NCBI GenBank assembly: GCA_045659785.1
Contig: JAZRCM010000003.1
Location: forward strand, 31,982 to 95,981
Source: Alphaproteobacteria bacterium
GTDB lineage: Bacteria > Pseudomonadota > Alphaproteobacteria > RF32 > CAG-239
Reading direction: 5' to 3'
DNA: 64,000 bases
Shown: piece by piece, positions 10,365-20,307 of the stretch
Position numbering within the stretch: position 1 is the first letter of the stretch
How the letters are laid out: every line of letters starts with the position of its first letter
Translations under genes and position numbers: made by a program
Notes under the pieces: generated by a model
The model's database searches: none
Told to the model about the DNA's origin: nothing
The model's input: only the letters and a program-made list of their open reading frames with translations

Positions 10365-11270
10365 TTAGCAAACAACGTCAACCAACACGCGAGGTGGCTG
10401 GAAAGTTGTCATCGACACCTTCTTAGGCTCTCCGGAGTATCCGGGGAAGAACACAGTACCACAACCGCGGAAGTAACCCAACACCTTGTAAGATGCCAGC
10501 TTACCGTCCCAACCCCAGAATACCTGGTAGTTGCAACCATACACGTCATTCTCGTTTGTGATGTTGATCATCGGAGTTGTAAGAAACTCGAGACCACCCC
10601 ACAAAACGCCGTAGACGTTACTGTCGGAGTAAACCCACTGGCTAACTGCGTCAGCCTTAGGCTTATAGACGTCGAAGTCAAATTGAGATTCTACAAACTC
10701 ATACTTCTCCTCAAGAGCAGCTGCGGAAATACCGTAGAACTCACCCTTAAGGATGTTCTGAGCTGCGAAGAAACCCTCTTCTAGAACAACTTCGTGTTCT
10801 ACAAAGCCGTCAATTACTGACTGCAACTTCTCGCCCGGCTTCACGTTTTTCCAAACGCGAATGCTCTCCTGCTTTACAGCTGTGAAGATACCGTGCTTAC
10901 GAGCCATCTTGAGACCATGCTCCTTATAAGATACGAAGTGGTAGTCCACTCCAATCTCATTGTAAAGCACCTCCGGCATAGCCACGAAGTCTCCATTGAG
11001 ACGGCAAATGGCCTCTGTCTTCTTGTCCTCCTTAGAAGCGATAACCTCCTGAGGGAAGTCTTCGCCTTTGAGAAGAGCCTGATAATGAGCCTTGCTCACT
11101 ACCGAGATAAAGTTACCCTTGCAAGAAGCAATCTCTGCTGCATTGATGCGATTGAAAACGTTGTTAGAACCATCACGAAAAATCTTGTTCATTTCCATAA
11201 TTAAAAAAGAAATTAAAATTAACCCCATAAGCTTCATCCGGGAAAATAAAGAATCAACGTAAGCGAGCAT
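10365..11270 (-). CDS. Secreted hypothetical protein with anomalously high G+C. Likely start at MKLMGLILISFLIMEM (~11237).
   Basis: N-terminal signal peptide. The gene has visibly higher G+C and GC-rich third codon positions compared with its neighbours, and carries its own terminator. Confidence 0.6.
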   Translation of the reverse strand: MLAYVDSLFSRMKLMGLILISFLIMEMNKIFRDGSNNVFNRINAAEIASCKGNFISVVSKAHYQALLKGEDFPQEVIASKEDKKTEAICRLNGDFVAMPEVLYNEIGVDYHFVSYKEHGLKMARKHGIFTAVKQESIRVWKNVKPGEKLQSVIDGFVEHEVVLEEGFFAAQNILKGEFYGISAAALEEKYEFVESQFDFDVYKPKADAVSQWVYSDSNVYGVLWGGLEFLTTPMINITNENDVYGCNYQVFWGWDGKLASYKVLGYFRGCGTVFFPGYSGEPKKVSMTTFQPPRVLVDVVC

Positions 11271-11505
11271 CGAAAAATTTTCAACGCCGTTGAAGTTTTG
11301 TTTCTACATATTCCCACATATCACTTGAAAGATTAAAATCCTTATCAATATGAAATGAACCTATATAATTGACATATACGTAAACTAGAATAATACAAAA
11401 CTAAGTTTAGTATATCACGTTCAACTCATTTTTCAACAAAATTTTGACAAAATTGTTATATTTTTTTTTACTTTTATATGTTACTCCATATAACAAGAGG
11501 GAAAA

Positions 11506-12441
11506 ATGAAATCTGCAAAAAACAAAACTATTGATATAAGCTTAACCGACGGACAAGAATATTTGGAACGTTGCATTTCCGTCAATCGCAAAACGGAAGT
11601 GAAAAATATACTCAACAAAACCATAATTGGTGATTCGCTGAAAGTTATGGAAAAGCTTCCTCGCTCATTTGTAGATTTGTTGATTGTAGATCCGCCTTAT
11701 AATTTGAACAAAAATTATCACGGTAATAAATTTAACCAAACAAACAACGAAGAATATGAACAATACACCACCGCATGGATAGAAAAAGTCTTACCGTTGT
11801 TAAAACCCAATGCCTCGATTTATGTATGTTGTGATTGGAAATCAAGTTTGGTTATCGGTCCGGTTTTGGAAAAATATTTTCAAATTCAAAATCGCATAAC
11901 CTGGCAAAGAGAAAAAGGACGAGGTGCAAATCATAACTGGAAAAACGGTATGGAAGATATATGGTTTGCCACCATGAACAATGATTATACCTTTAATCTT
12001 GATGACGTAAAAATTCGCAGACGAGTTTTAGCACCATATAAAGAAAACGGTAAACCTAAAGATTGGGAACAAACCGAAAACGGACGTTTTCGTAACACTT
12101 GCCCTTCTAACTTTTGGGATGACATTTCTATTCCCTACTGGTCAATGCCCGAAAATACTGCTCACCCGACACAAAAACCGGAAAAACTCATCGCTAAACT
12201 GATATTGGCAAGCTCTAATAAAGATGATGTAGTTTTTGACCCGTTTTTAGGCTCCGGAACAACATCGGTTACAGCGAAAAAACTGGGAAGAAAATATATC
12301 GGTATCGAACAAAATCCCAATTATTGCATTTGGGCCGAAAAACGTCTTGAACTGGCTGAAACCAATTCACAAATACAAGGATATTCCGATGGAATTTTTT
12401 GGGAAAGAAACGCTCAACCAAATAAAAAAGCTCCGAATTAA
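11506..12441 (+). CDS. Beta-class DNA N6-adenine (or N4-cytosine) methyltransferase, CcrM/M.HinfI-like, orphan
   Basis: Motif IV DPPYNL is followed by motif I FDPFLGSGTT, and AHPTQKPEKLI ... GRKYIGIE closely resembles Caulobacter CcrM as I recall it. No adjacent endonuclease gene. Confidence 0.8.
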   Translation: MKSAKNKTIDISLTDGQEYLERCISVNRKTEVKNILNKTIIGDSLKVMEKLPRSFVDLLIVDPPYNLNKNYHGNKFNQTNNEEYEQYTTAWIEKVLPLLKPNASIYVCCDWKSSLVIGPVLEKYFQIQNRITWQREKGRGANHNWKNGMEDIWFATMNNDYTFNLDDVKIRRRVLAPYKENGKPKDWEQTENGRFRNTCPSNFWDDISIPYWSMPENTAHPTQKPEKLIAKLILASSNKDDVVFDPFLGSGTTSVTAKKLGRKYIGIEQNPNYCIWAEKRLELAETNSQIQGYSDGIFWERNAQPNKKAPN

Positions 12442-12473
12442 TTTTCGGAGCTTTTCTTAATGAATATCAAACC

Positions 12474-13247
12474 TTATTTGATAAATTTACGGGCCTCTTC
12501 AAGCTCTTCCATTGTATCAATATCAGCCGGAGCTTCTTTGTTCAACTTGAGTTCACTGACCAACTTAGCTCTGATAACCATACCATCTTCCAATGCACGG
12601 AGTTGTTCCAAAGATTCTCTTGCTTCCAAGACACCAACCGGTAAGTTTACGATACGTTGCAAAGAAGCCGCATTATAAACATAAATACCGATATGATGAT
12701 AAAAGTCTTTATTATCACATTTTTCAGGATTACGGATAAAAGGAGCAGCGGCACGAGTAAAGTATAAACAACGACCTTCTGTTTCTCCGTCACGAAGTCC
12801 CATTACGATTTTTACATTATTCGGACTGTCAATATCTGCTTGTGATTTGAACACCATACCAACAGTTGCAATATCACAACCGGTTTCTTCCACAATCTTA
12901 ATCAAATCATTATTAATTTCCGGATTAACATTGATGGCATCGCCTTGGAAATTAACCACGATATCATATTTGTTGCCTTCAGGATCAATTTCTTTTAATG
13001 CAGCAGCAATTCTATCTGTGCCGGAAGGAAGTTTCGGGTCTGTCAAAATAGCCGGAGCACCGAACTCTTTACAAGCATCGATAATAACCTGATCGCCGGC
13101 AGCAACATACACATCACCGGGAACAACTTTCTTCACGTTTTCATAAACACGTTGCAACAAGGTTTTTCCGTTAATATCAAGCAATGGTTTATTCGGCAAA
13201 CGAGTAGATGCCATACGAACCGGAATCATAGTGATAATTTTAGACAT
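12474..13247 (-). CDS. kdsB: 3-deoxy-manno-octulosonate cytidylyltransferase (CMP-KDO synthetase)
   Basis: MIPVRMASTRLPNKPL N-terminus and 257 aa length. Confidence 0.85.
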   Translation of the reverse strand: MSKIITMIPVRMASTRLPNKPLLDINGKTLLQRVYENVKKVVPGDVYVAAGDQVIIDACKEFGAPAILTDPKLPSGTDRIAAALKEIDPEGNKYDIVVNFQGDAINVNPEINNDLIKIVEETGCDIATVGMVFKSQADIDSPNNVKIVMGLRDGETEGRCLYFTRAAAPFIRNPEKCDNKDFYHHIGIYVYNAASLQRIVNLPVGVLEARESLEQLRALEDGMVIRAKLVSELKLNKEAPADIDTMEELEEARKFIK

Positions 13248-13321
13248 TTGTTTCTCCTTATAAGTTCTTGCAAATATTTATTGTATATACTATAACAGCA
13301 ACAAATAAAAGGACAAAAACA

Positions 13322-14407
13322 ATGCAAGTGGATATTTTTGATTTTGAATTAGATCGCAATTTGATTGCTTCCCAACCGGTTAATCCTCGTGATACATCTC
13401 GTTTACTTGACTTAAGCGATGAGACCTCTATTAACGACCGACATTTTTATGACCTTCCTGATATTTTGCAAAAGGGAGATGTATTGGTATTTAACGATAC
13501 CAAAGTTATTCCCGCTCGTTTATACGGAGCAAGAGGAGAAGCAAAAGTAGAAGTAACGCTTTATCGTCCGGTTGACGGTATTCAATGGTGGGCTTTTATC
13601 AAAAATGCCAAAAGATTGCATCCTGATGATACTATTTATTTCTATACCGACGAAATAACTCCCGAGCAAAGCGACTTTACCGCTAAGGTTATAGAAAAAA
13701 AAGACGATGACGGAGTATTGATAAGCTTTAATTGTTCCCCTGAAATATTGGCAACCAATTTGCAAAAATACGGATTAATGCCTCTTCCTCCGTACATCAA
13801 AAGAGATAAACCCACACAGGGAGGAATATGGGATAAATATAACGATAAAGAAAACTATCAAACCATATATGCGCATTATGAAGGCGCGGTTGCTGCTCCT
13901 ACTGCAGGATTGCACTTTACTCCGCAAGTTTTCGAAGCTTTGGAAAAAAAAGGGATAGAAAAAGTTTTTGTAACTTTACACGTTGGGGCAGGCACTTTTT
14001 TGCCGGTTAAAACCGATGATACCAAAGACCATAAAATGCATGCAGAATATGGCGAAATAAATGCTCAAACCTGTGAAATCATCAACAAAGCCAAAAAAGA
14101 AGGACGCAGAATTATTGCCGTAGGCACGACATCACTTCGTCTTTTGGAAACCGCAACCGATGACAACGGAGTCGTCCACCCTTACGCAGACAGCACCAAT
14201 ATTTTTATTACTCCTGGATATAAGTTTAAATTAATTGATATGATTATAACTAATTTCCACTTACCTAAATCAACTCTTTTTATGTTAATTTGTGCTATTG
14301 CCGGCACTGAAAGAATGAAAAAAGCATATCAACATGCTATTGACAGCAAATATCGTTTCTATTCTTACGGTGACAGTTCAATTATCAAATGCGTAAATAA
14401 AATTTAA
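13322..14407 (+). CDS. queA: S-adenosylmethionine:tRNA ribosyltransferase-isomerase
   Basis: MQVDIFDFELDRNLIASQPV start and a conserved QueA core (GLHFTPQ..., AVGTTSLR). The ORF track has an 18-codon 5' extension. Confidence 0.85.
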   Translation: MQVDIFDFELDRNLIASQPVNPRDTSRLLDLSDETSINDRHFYDLPDILQKGDVLVFNDTKVIPARLYGARGEAKVEVTLYRPVDGIQWWAFIKNAKRLHPDDTIYFYTDEITPEQSDFTAKVIEKKDDDGVLISFNCSPEILATNLQKYGLMPLPPYIKRDKPTQGGIWDKYNDKENYQTIYAHYEGAVAAPTAGLHFTPQVFEALEKKGIEKVFVTLHVGAGTFLPVKTDDTKDHKMHAEYGEINAQTCEIINKAKKEGRRIIAVGTTSLRLLETATDDNGVVHPYADSTNIFITPGYKFKLIDMIITNFHLPKSTLFMLICAIAGTERMKKAYQHAIDSKYRFYSYGDSSIIKCVNKI

Positions 14408-14445
14408 ACTTATCACAATTATAATCACCTCTCAGAAGGTGAAAA

Positions 14446-15624
14446 GTGATAAGAAAATGTAAATATTATTTGCGGCAAATCTTACCGCTAATGCAAAATT
14501 CGTGGCTTCCGGCAGCATTTTTGCTGATTTTCGGTTGTGTTCATTTATTGTTTAATCCACTCCCCATTTATTTGCAAAATATTTTACATTTTTCCTTTTT
14601 TATAATCAATATTATCAGTATTGTAACGTTAGGAATATATAACCGAAACAGGTCTTTATTTATGGTAGTCATAATGCTATTGGGGTATATGGCTATCAAT
14701 TATCAAAAATATACTTTTGGTGTAATTTATTATCTGACTCCTGCATATCTTAATATGACATTTTTGATTATTGCCGGACTGATATTTTTCTACTTTTTAC
14801 CTAATCGTCCGTTTTTTTCTATCGATACTTTGAGTTTTTTGATTGTTATTTTTGCCGCTTTTGCGTTATGCGAGTGGTTAAGTGCATTACAAATAAAAAT
14901 GGACTTCAGTCCCTTTATCGAATTTGAAACAGGCTTGCAAATTTTCAGTATCTCACTTTTTGTTGCGGGAATTTTGATAATGCTTTTGCATTCATCTATA
15001 AACAACAAAATATTAAGCACATATAATGCTTATACCGCTATAAATATTATGCTTGCTCTTTATCTTTCCAATCAATCATCAAGCATGTCTTTGTTTTTTG
15101 TATCCGCTTCGGCGACAACCCTTTGCGGAATAGTAAGCCAGCATATTTTCACCATATATAAAGACCCGACAACCGGAATTTTTAACGGTAAAGCATTTAT
15201 AAAACACACCGGAAAAATGAATAACAAATACGGTCTCGGCATCATCTATATAGATGACTATAAACATCTGTTACAAGCCTTTCGCAAAAACGGGGCAAAT
15301 GATGTTGTCAAAATGATAAGCAAACGAATAAAATCTATTGAGCCGAGCGGAATTTTATATCGTTGTACCCCAAACGAATTTGTTATTATTTTTCCCAGTA
15401 TCGAAAAAGGAACCGCATTCAAAAGACTTGACGATATTCGCCGTCAAATTGCAGCATCAGAGTTTATGCTCCCAAAAATAAAGCGTCCTCTTAAGATTAC
15501 GGTTTCTTGCTGTATCGCCGTGAGAAAACGCGAAGAAAAAGTCGCTAATTTATACATGAGAGCTCTCAAAAAATTACAAAAAGCATCTCGCTTTTCACAG
15601 AATATTACTTCTGAGGCTTCTTAA
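14446..15624 (+). CDS. Multi-pass membrane protein with a C-terminal degenerate GGDEF domain (GGDEF replaced by TPNEF). GTG start preceded by an AGAAGGTGA Shine-Dalgarno sequence.
   Basis: About 7 N-terminal TM helices. The C-terminus has a GIIYIDDYKHL...RCTPNEFVIIFP... diguanylate-cyclase-like fold signature with non-canonical active-site residues. Confidence 0.6.
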   Translation: MIRKCKYYLRQILPLMQNSWLPAAFLLIFGCVHLLFNPLPIYLQNILHFSFFIINIISIVTLGIYNRNRSLFMVVIMLLGYMAINYQKYTFGVIYYLTPAYLNMTFLIIAGLIFFYFLPNRPFFSIDTLSFLIVIFAAFALCEWLSALQIKMDFSPFIEFETGLQIFSISLFVAGILIMLLHSSINNKILSTYNAYTAINIMLALYLSNQSSSMSLFFVSASATTLCGIVSQHIFTIYKDPTTGIFNGKAFIKHTGKMNNKYGLGIIYIDDYKHLLQAFRKNGANDVVKMISKRIKSIEPSGILYRCTPNEFVIIFPSIEKGTAFKRLDDIRRQIAASEFMLPKIKRPLKITVSCCIAVRKREEKVANLYMRALKKLQKASRFSQNITSEAS

Positions 15625-16417
15625 CACAAAAATACCACAATAAAGCAAAACCGAATAACAACACCGGAAAAGATAAAATCTGCCCCATGGTTATGGAACC
15701 GAAGAAAAATCCGAGTTGCTCATCGGGTTGTCGGTAATATTCCAAAATCATACGGAAGAACCCGTACATAATTACAAACAAAGCAGAAATGATACCGTTA
15801 TTTTTTCGAATCTTCTGATTTTTCCAAAGCAAATTAAGAACTATAAAAATAACCAAACCTTCCGCAACAGCTTCATATAATTGAGAAGGATGACGCGGTA
15901 AAAAACCACCACTGGGAAAACGAACCGCCCAAGAAACATCAGTAATTCTGCCCCATAATTCATCATTGATAAAATTTGCTATTCTGCCTAAAAAAATTCC
16001 TATCGGAGCAAATAATGCCGCCATATCCGTAAGCAACCAAAAATTTACTTTGCGAGAATATGCCGTATATAAAATCCCCATAACCGCACCGATTGCTCCT
16101 CCATGAAAAGACATTCCGCCTTGCCATATTGCAAAAATTTTTAACGGATTTTGCAAATAATATTCCCCGCCATAAAAAAGCACATATCCCAGACGACCGC
16201 CGACAACAATACCTATTGTTGTAAAAAAAACCGTATCTTCAACTTGTTGACGTGTAAGCGGTAAATCATACTTTTTTATAAGTCGTAATATCAAAAGCCA
16301 TGCGGCAACAATACCCACTAAATAAGCCATTGAATACCAACGAACAGCTATCGGACCTATCGCAAAAATAACCGGAGAAATTGCCGGAAATTCAAAACCT
16401 GTCATTTTCATCTCCAA
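15605..16417 (-). CDS. lgt: Prolipoprotein diacylglyceryl transferase
   Basis: Lgt signature (MAYLVGIVAAWLL..., multiple TM helices, GGRLGY motif). Confidence 0.85.
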   Translation of the reverse strand: MEMKMTGFEFPAISPVIFAIGPIAVRWYSMAYLVGIVAAWLLILRLIKKYDLPLTRQQVEDTVFFTTIGIVVGGRLGYVLFYGGEYYLQNPLKIFAIWQGGMSFHGGAIGAVMGILYTAYSRKVNFWLLTDMAALFAPIGIFLGRIANFINDELWGRITDVSWAVRFPSGGFLPRHPSQLYEAVAEGLVIFIVLNLLWKNQKIRKNNGIISALFVIMYGFFRMILEYYRQPDEQLGFFFGSITMGQILSFPVLLFGFALLWYFCVKKPQK

Positions 16418-16635
16418 AACATATTAATTGGTAAAGAGTATATTAATTTTCTTAAACATATCCACATCAAAAATTTTTATTCAACAATCTTAAAAAATAT
16501 CTCATTGTTTTTGCGCATTTTTTATTTTCAAAAAAATTTTTTTAATAAATAAAGTGGAAAACTTGAATCGGCTGATTGTATTTTGCGACTCGATGATGTT
16601 ATTTATAAATATGCAAATTGCATTTTAAAATTTAA

Positions 16636-17145
16636 GTGGAGCAATTTATGAACTCGGCAAATGGAACTGTTTTAGCAAATAACCCTATTGATGAAGTTGA
16701 AAACTTCCTCAATTTACGTTCCTATGTAACCGAGCGTCGCGGTTCTAATGAAGTTGTCGTCGCAGTTCAAGGGAAATGGAACGATATGCTGATTTTTTTC
16801 TCTTTTGAAGAAAATATGCGTTGCCTTCATGTTTCATGCCTCATAAATATTGAAAATCAAATTGAGAACAAAAGCAAAATATTTGAACTGCTTGCTCTTA
16901 TAAATGATGACTTATGGATGGGACATTTTTCTTATTGGGCAGAACAAAAAATGATGGTATATCGCCACTCGCTGTTTTGTAATGAAAAAAGCATTCATTT
17001 CGAGGGACAGATTGCTCAAATTATGGATATAGCAATAAAAGAATGTGAAAGAATGTATCCGGTATTTAATGTTGTAATGACTAAAGGTATGGAACCGTCT
17101 CAAGCTCTTTACCCAATGATGATGGAAACCGTAGGTCAAGCATAA
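16636..17145 (+). CDS. YbjN-like (putative T3SS-chaperone-fold) cytoplasmic protein
   Basis: 169 aa, acidic, resembles YbjN family members. Weak assignment from memory. Confidence 0.35.
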   Translation: MEQFMNSANGTVLANNPIDEVENFLNLRSYVTERRGSNEVVVAVQGKWNDMLIFFSFEENMRCLHVSCLINIENQIENKSKIFELLALINDDLWMGHFSYWAEQKMMVYRHSLFCNEKSIHFEGQIAQIMDIAIKECERMYPVFNVVMTKGMEPSQALYPMMMETVGQA

Positions 17146-17192
17146 AAAAAGAGCTCTTTTTCAAGAGCTCATAGCGGTTAAACATCGAAAGA

Positions 17193-17408
17193 CTAATCTT
17201 TCTTATAATTCTCAAACTCACGGCACAAACGGCGGTAAGTAAGTTGGGTCGCGGACTGTTTTCCGAAACGGCGCATATCGTTACAACGATAAGGAGCTTT
17301 ATGCCTTATCTCTGTGACTACCGGTGCGGGAATATGGAACTCCGGAATAAGACCCTGAGCTATCATAATAAAATTAAGACAGCTGATAGTTTTGTAGTAG
17401 TTTAACAT
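17193..17408 (-). CDS. Small hypothetical protein (71 aa)
   Basis: ORF only. A gagctc hairpin terminator lies downstream. Confidence 0.3.
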   Translation of the reverse strand: MLNYYKTISCLNFIMIAQGLIPEFHIPAPVVTEIRHKAPYRCNDMRRFGKQSATQLTYRRLCREFENYKKD

Positions 17409-17476
17409 GTTAGAGTAATTTTTAGAATAGTACGTACATTAGTGCAGATTATACACCATTATATCGTGCTAATCAA

Positions 17477-18433
17477 CTATTTATTTTTCAAAAATTTTCT
17501 ATACAAAGCAACATTATCATTATGCTCAGATAATGTTTTAGCAAATCTATGCCCTCCATTACCTTTTGCTACAAAATATAAATAATCTGCAGAACTCGGA
17601 TTTGCAGCTGCATAAATAGCCTCTTTTCCCGGATTACAAATAGGCGCCGGAGGAAGTCCGTAATTTTTATATGTATTATACGGACTGTCGTATTCTAAAT
17701 CTTTTTTCAAAAGAGAACGACCTAAAATTTTTTTGCCTAAAGTTATTGCATATATAACCGTCGGATCGGTTTGAAGTCTCATCCCCTTATTCAAACGATT
17801 AACAAAAACTGCAGCAACATCACGGCGTTCTTCCGGCAATCCGGTTTCTTTTTCAATAATCGAAGCTAAAACAAGCAATTCTTTTTTATTTTTCAAAACT
17901 CCTACATTGTTACTTTTCCAAGCATCATCCAACACTTTATCCATTGCTTTTTGAGCTTGTTTAACGATACTGTTGCGGCTGTCTCCTTTTGAAAAGCTAT
18001 ATGTCTCGGGAAGCATACTGCCTTCTTCCGCCTTTATTGAAATATCTCCCGTTAAATTAGGTTCATTATTTATAAAATCTACCATTTGAGTAGAAGTCCA
18101 CCCCTCATTTAAGGTAATTCGACGATAATAAACTTCTCCGTTTTGCAACTGTTTGGCAATTTGCATCATATTAGCTTTAGGCGGAAACATATACTCTCCG
18201 GCTTGAAGCTTTTTATCAATCCCCAATCCTCTGACAACTAAACGAAAAAGCAAGGATGAATTTATCACCCTTGCTTTTTGTAAATCTTTGGATAAACGGC
18301 GTACACTGACACCTTTCGCTAATACGATTCCCTTTTCTTCAGTCAACCTATTAGGGCAATTAACCATATAAATAGCCAATGATGTAATTGCAATTACAAA
18401 AACCGTAAATAAGCTGGCTAAAAACTTCATCAT
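17477..18433 (-). CDS. mltG: Endolytic murein transglycosylase MltG (YceG family)
   Basis: N-terminal TM anchor plus a YceG-like domain. Translationally coupled to fabF. Confidence 0.75.
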   Translation of the reverse strand: MMKFLASLFTVFVIAITSLAIYMVNCPNRLTEEKGIVLAKGVSVRRLSKDLQKARVINSSLLFRLVVRGLGIDKKLQAGEYMFPPKANMMQIAKQLQNGEVYYRRITLNEGWTSTQMVDFINNEPNLTGDISIKAEEGSMLPETYSFSKGDSRNSIVKQAQKAMDKVLDDAWKSNNVGVLKNKKELLVLASIIEKETGLPEERRDVAAVFVNRLNKGMRLQTDPTVIYAITLGKKILGRSLLKKDLEYDSPYNTYKNYGLPPAPICNPGKEAIYAAANPSSADYLYFVAKGNGGHRFAKTLSEHNDNVALYRKFLKNK

Positions 18434-19704
18434 TAGTCTTCAATTTTCTTGAAAATTACTGATGAGTTTGTTCCGCCAAAGCCAAATGAATTTGACATAG
18501 CTGCTTTAATTTCACGTTTTTTAGCTTTTAATGGAACCAAATCCATACCCTCAACTTCCGGATCAGGATTTTCAAGATTTAATGTCGGAGGACAGATTTG
18601 TTCATTGATTGACTTAATTGTCAAAACAGCTTCAACCGCTCCGGCAGCCCCCAACAAGTGACCGATTGCCGATTTTGTAGAAGACATAGAAACATTTTTG
18701 ATATTGTCACCAAACAAACGGGCAACAGCTTTAGCCTCGCCGACATCTCCGGCAGGAGTTGATGTTCCGTGGGCATTAACATAGCCGATATCTTCCATTT
18801 TCACACCATGTTCTTCCGCATGAGAAACAGCCATTTTCATCGCACGATAAGCACCATCGCCGGAAGGAGCTGTAATGTGATATGCGTCACCGCTCATACC
18901 ATAGCCGACAACTTCGGCATAAATTTTTGCACCACGTTTTTTAGCATGTTCATATTCTTCTAAAACCAATGCACCGGCACCTTCGCCCATAACAAAGCCA
19001 CTACGACCTTGATCCCACGGACGAGATGCTTTTTCGGGCTCGTCATTAAATTCGGCTGTAATAGCTTTCATTCTGGCAAAACCGGATAATCCCAAAATAT
19101 TAACCGCAGATTCGGCACCGCCGGCAAGCATCAAATCAGCATCACCACGAGCAATCATAGCTGCTGCATCACCGATAGCATGTGTTCCGGTAGAACAAGC
19201 TGTAACACAAGCATGATTCGGACCTTTTAACGCAAAACGAATTGATAAATGTCCGGAAATCATATTAATCAAACAAGACGGAATAAAGAATGGTGACACC
19301 TTATGAATGCTCTTGTTTTCGGTAATCAAAACAGAGTTTTCATAAATAGCACTCAAACCACCGATTCCCGAGCCCATCATAACACCGGCACGATAACTGT
19401 CTTCTTCATCAATCGGGCTCCAACCGCTATCTTCCATAGCATCAATACCTGCAGCCAATCCGAACAAAATAAACTTATCAACACGACGTTGCTCTTTCGG
19501 AGGCATAACCGTATCCGGATCAAACTGATTCGGTTCTTTACCGAAAGGAACTTGTCCGGCAATTTTTACCGGCTCATCATAAAGTTCAATACCCTCAATT
19601 TTTCTGATAGCAGATTTTCCTGCAATAATATTGTTCCAGTTATATTCAACACCTCTTCCGAAAGGAGATAGCATTCCCATACCTGTTACGACTACTCTTC
19701 TCAT
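18433..19704 (-). CDS. fabF: 3-oxoacyl-ACP synthase II
   Basis: KAS II motifs (active-site Cys in ACSTG, HGTSTPAGD, and the GFGG region). Confidence 0.9.
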   Translation of the reverse strand: MRRVVVTGMGMLSPFGRGVEYNWNNIIAGKSAIRKIEGIELYDEPVKIAGQVPFGKEPNQFDPDTVMPPKEQRRVDKFILFGLAAGIDAMEDSGWSPIDEEDSYRAGVMMGSGIGGLSAIYENSVLITENKSIHKVSPFFIPSCLINMISGHLSIRFALKGPNHACVTACSTGTHAIGDAAAMIARGDADLMLAGGAESAVNILGLSGFARMKAITAEFNDEPEKASRPWDQGRSGFVMGEGAGALVLEEYEHAKKRGAKIYAEVVGYGMSGDAYHITAPSGDGAYRAMKMAVSHAEEHGVKMEDIGYVNAHGTSTPAGDVGEAKAVARLFGDNIKNVSMSSTKSAIGHLLGAAGAVEAVLTIKSINEQICPPTLNLENPDPEVEGMDLVPLKAKKREIKAAMSNSFGFGGTNSSVIFKKIED

Positions 19705-19804
19705 AGAAAAAATCCTTATTTTATTATCTTTACAAGCAATTTTTATATGAAAAAACTCGCTTTATGTCAAGCGAGTTTAATCACATATACTCTTTGAACA
19801 AGAA

Positions 19805-20038
19805 TTAAGCGTTTTTGTTCAAATAATCAATAGCGTCTTTAACTGTCAAGATTTTTTCAGCTGCTTCGTCTGGGATTTCGCAACCGAATTCTTCTTCGAA
19901 TGCCATAACCAATTCAACGGTATCCAAGCTATCAGCACCTAAATCATCGATGAAGCTTGCAGTATCAGTAACCTTAGATTCTTCAACACCAAGGTGTTCT
20001 GCAACAATTTTCTTAACGCGATTAGCTGTATCAGTCAT
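19805..20038 (-). CDS. acpP: Acyl carrier protein
   Basis: DLGADSLD phosphopantetheine attachment motif. The true start is at [12 protein letters not shown]. Confidence 0.9.
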   Translation of the reverse strand: MTDTANRVKKIVAEHLGVEESKVTDTASFIDDLGADSLDTVELVMAFEEEFGCEIPDEAAEKILTVKDAIDYLNKNA

Positions 20039-20307
20039 TTGATAAACCTCTAAAATATTAAAACAATTAAAATTCTCGGGCACAAAACTCGGACCCGTGG
20101 CTATCTGTTACCACAATTTTATATTAATTGACAAGCATTATTTTTATTTTTATCGAAAATTTATTATCATAAAAAGCTGTAAGCCTTTATTTTTATAGAA
20201 TTTATACATTTAACATAATGTGTAAAAAAATACTTTTTACTTCCTGTCTATTGCGTCAGGCGTTTCAAATTCCTATTTATATAGTGTACAATAAAAGGAG
20301 AAAAATA

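Noticed and set aside
10359-11204. + strand ORFs (10359..10784, 10893..11204) antisense to the GC-rich secreted-protein gene
   Set aside because: GC-rich genes throw long antisense ORFs. The minus-strand frame has a signal peptide and a terminator.
11270-13250. Restriction-modification system around the MTase
   Set aside because: No endonuclease-like ORF is adjacent: the neighbours are kdsB and a secreted protein. It is treated as an orphan, CcrM-like MTase.
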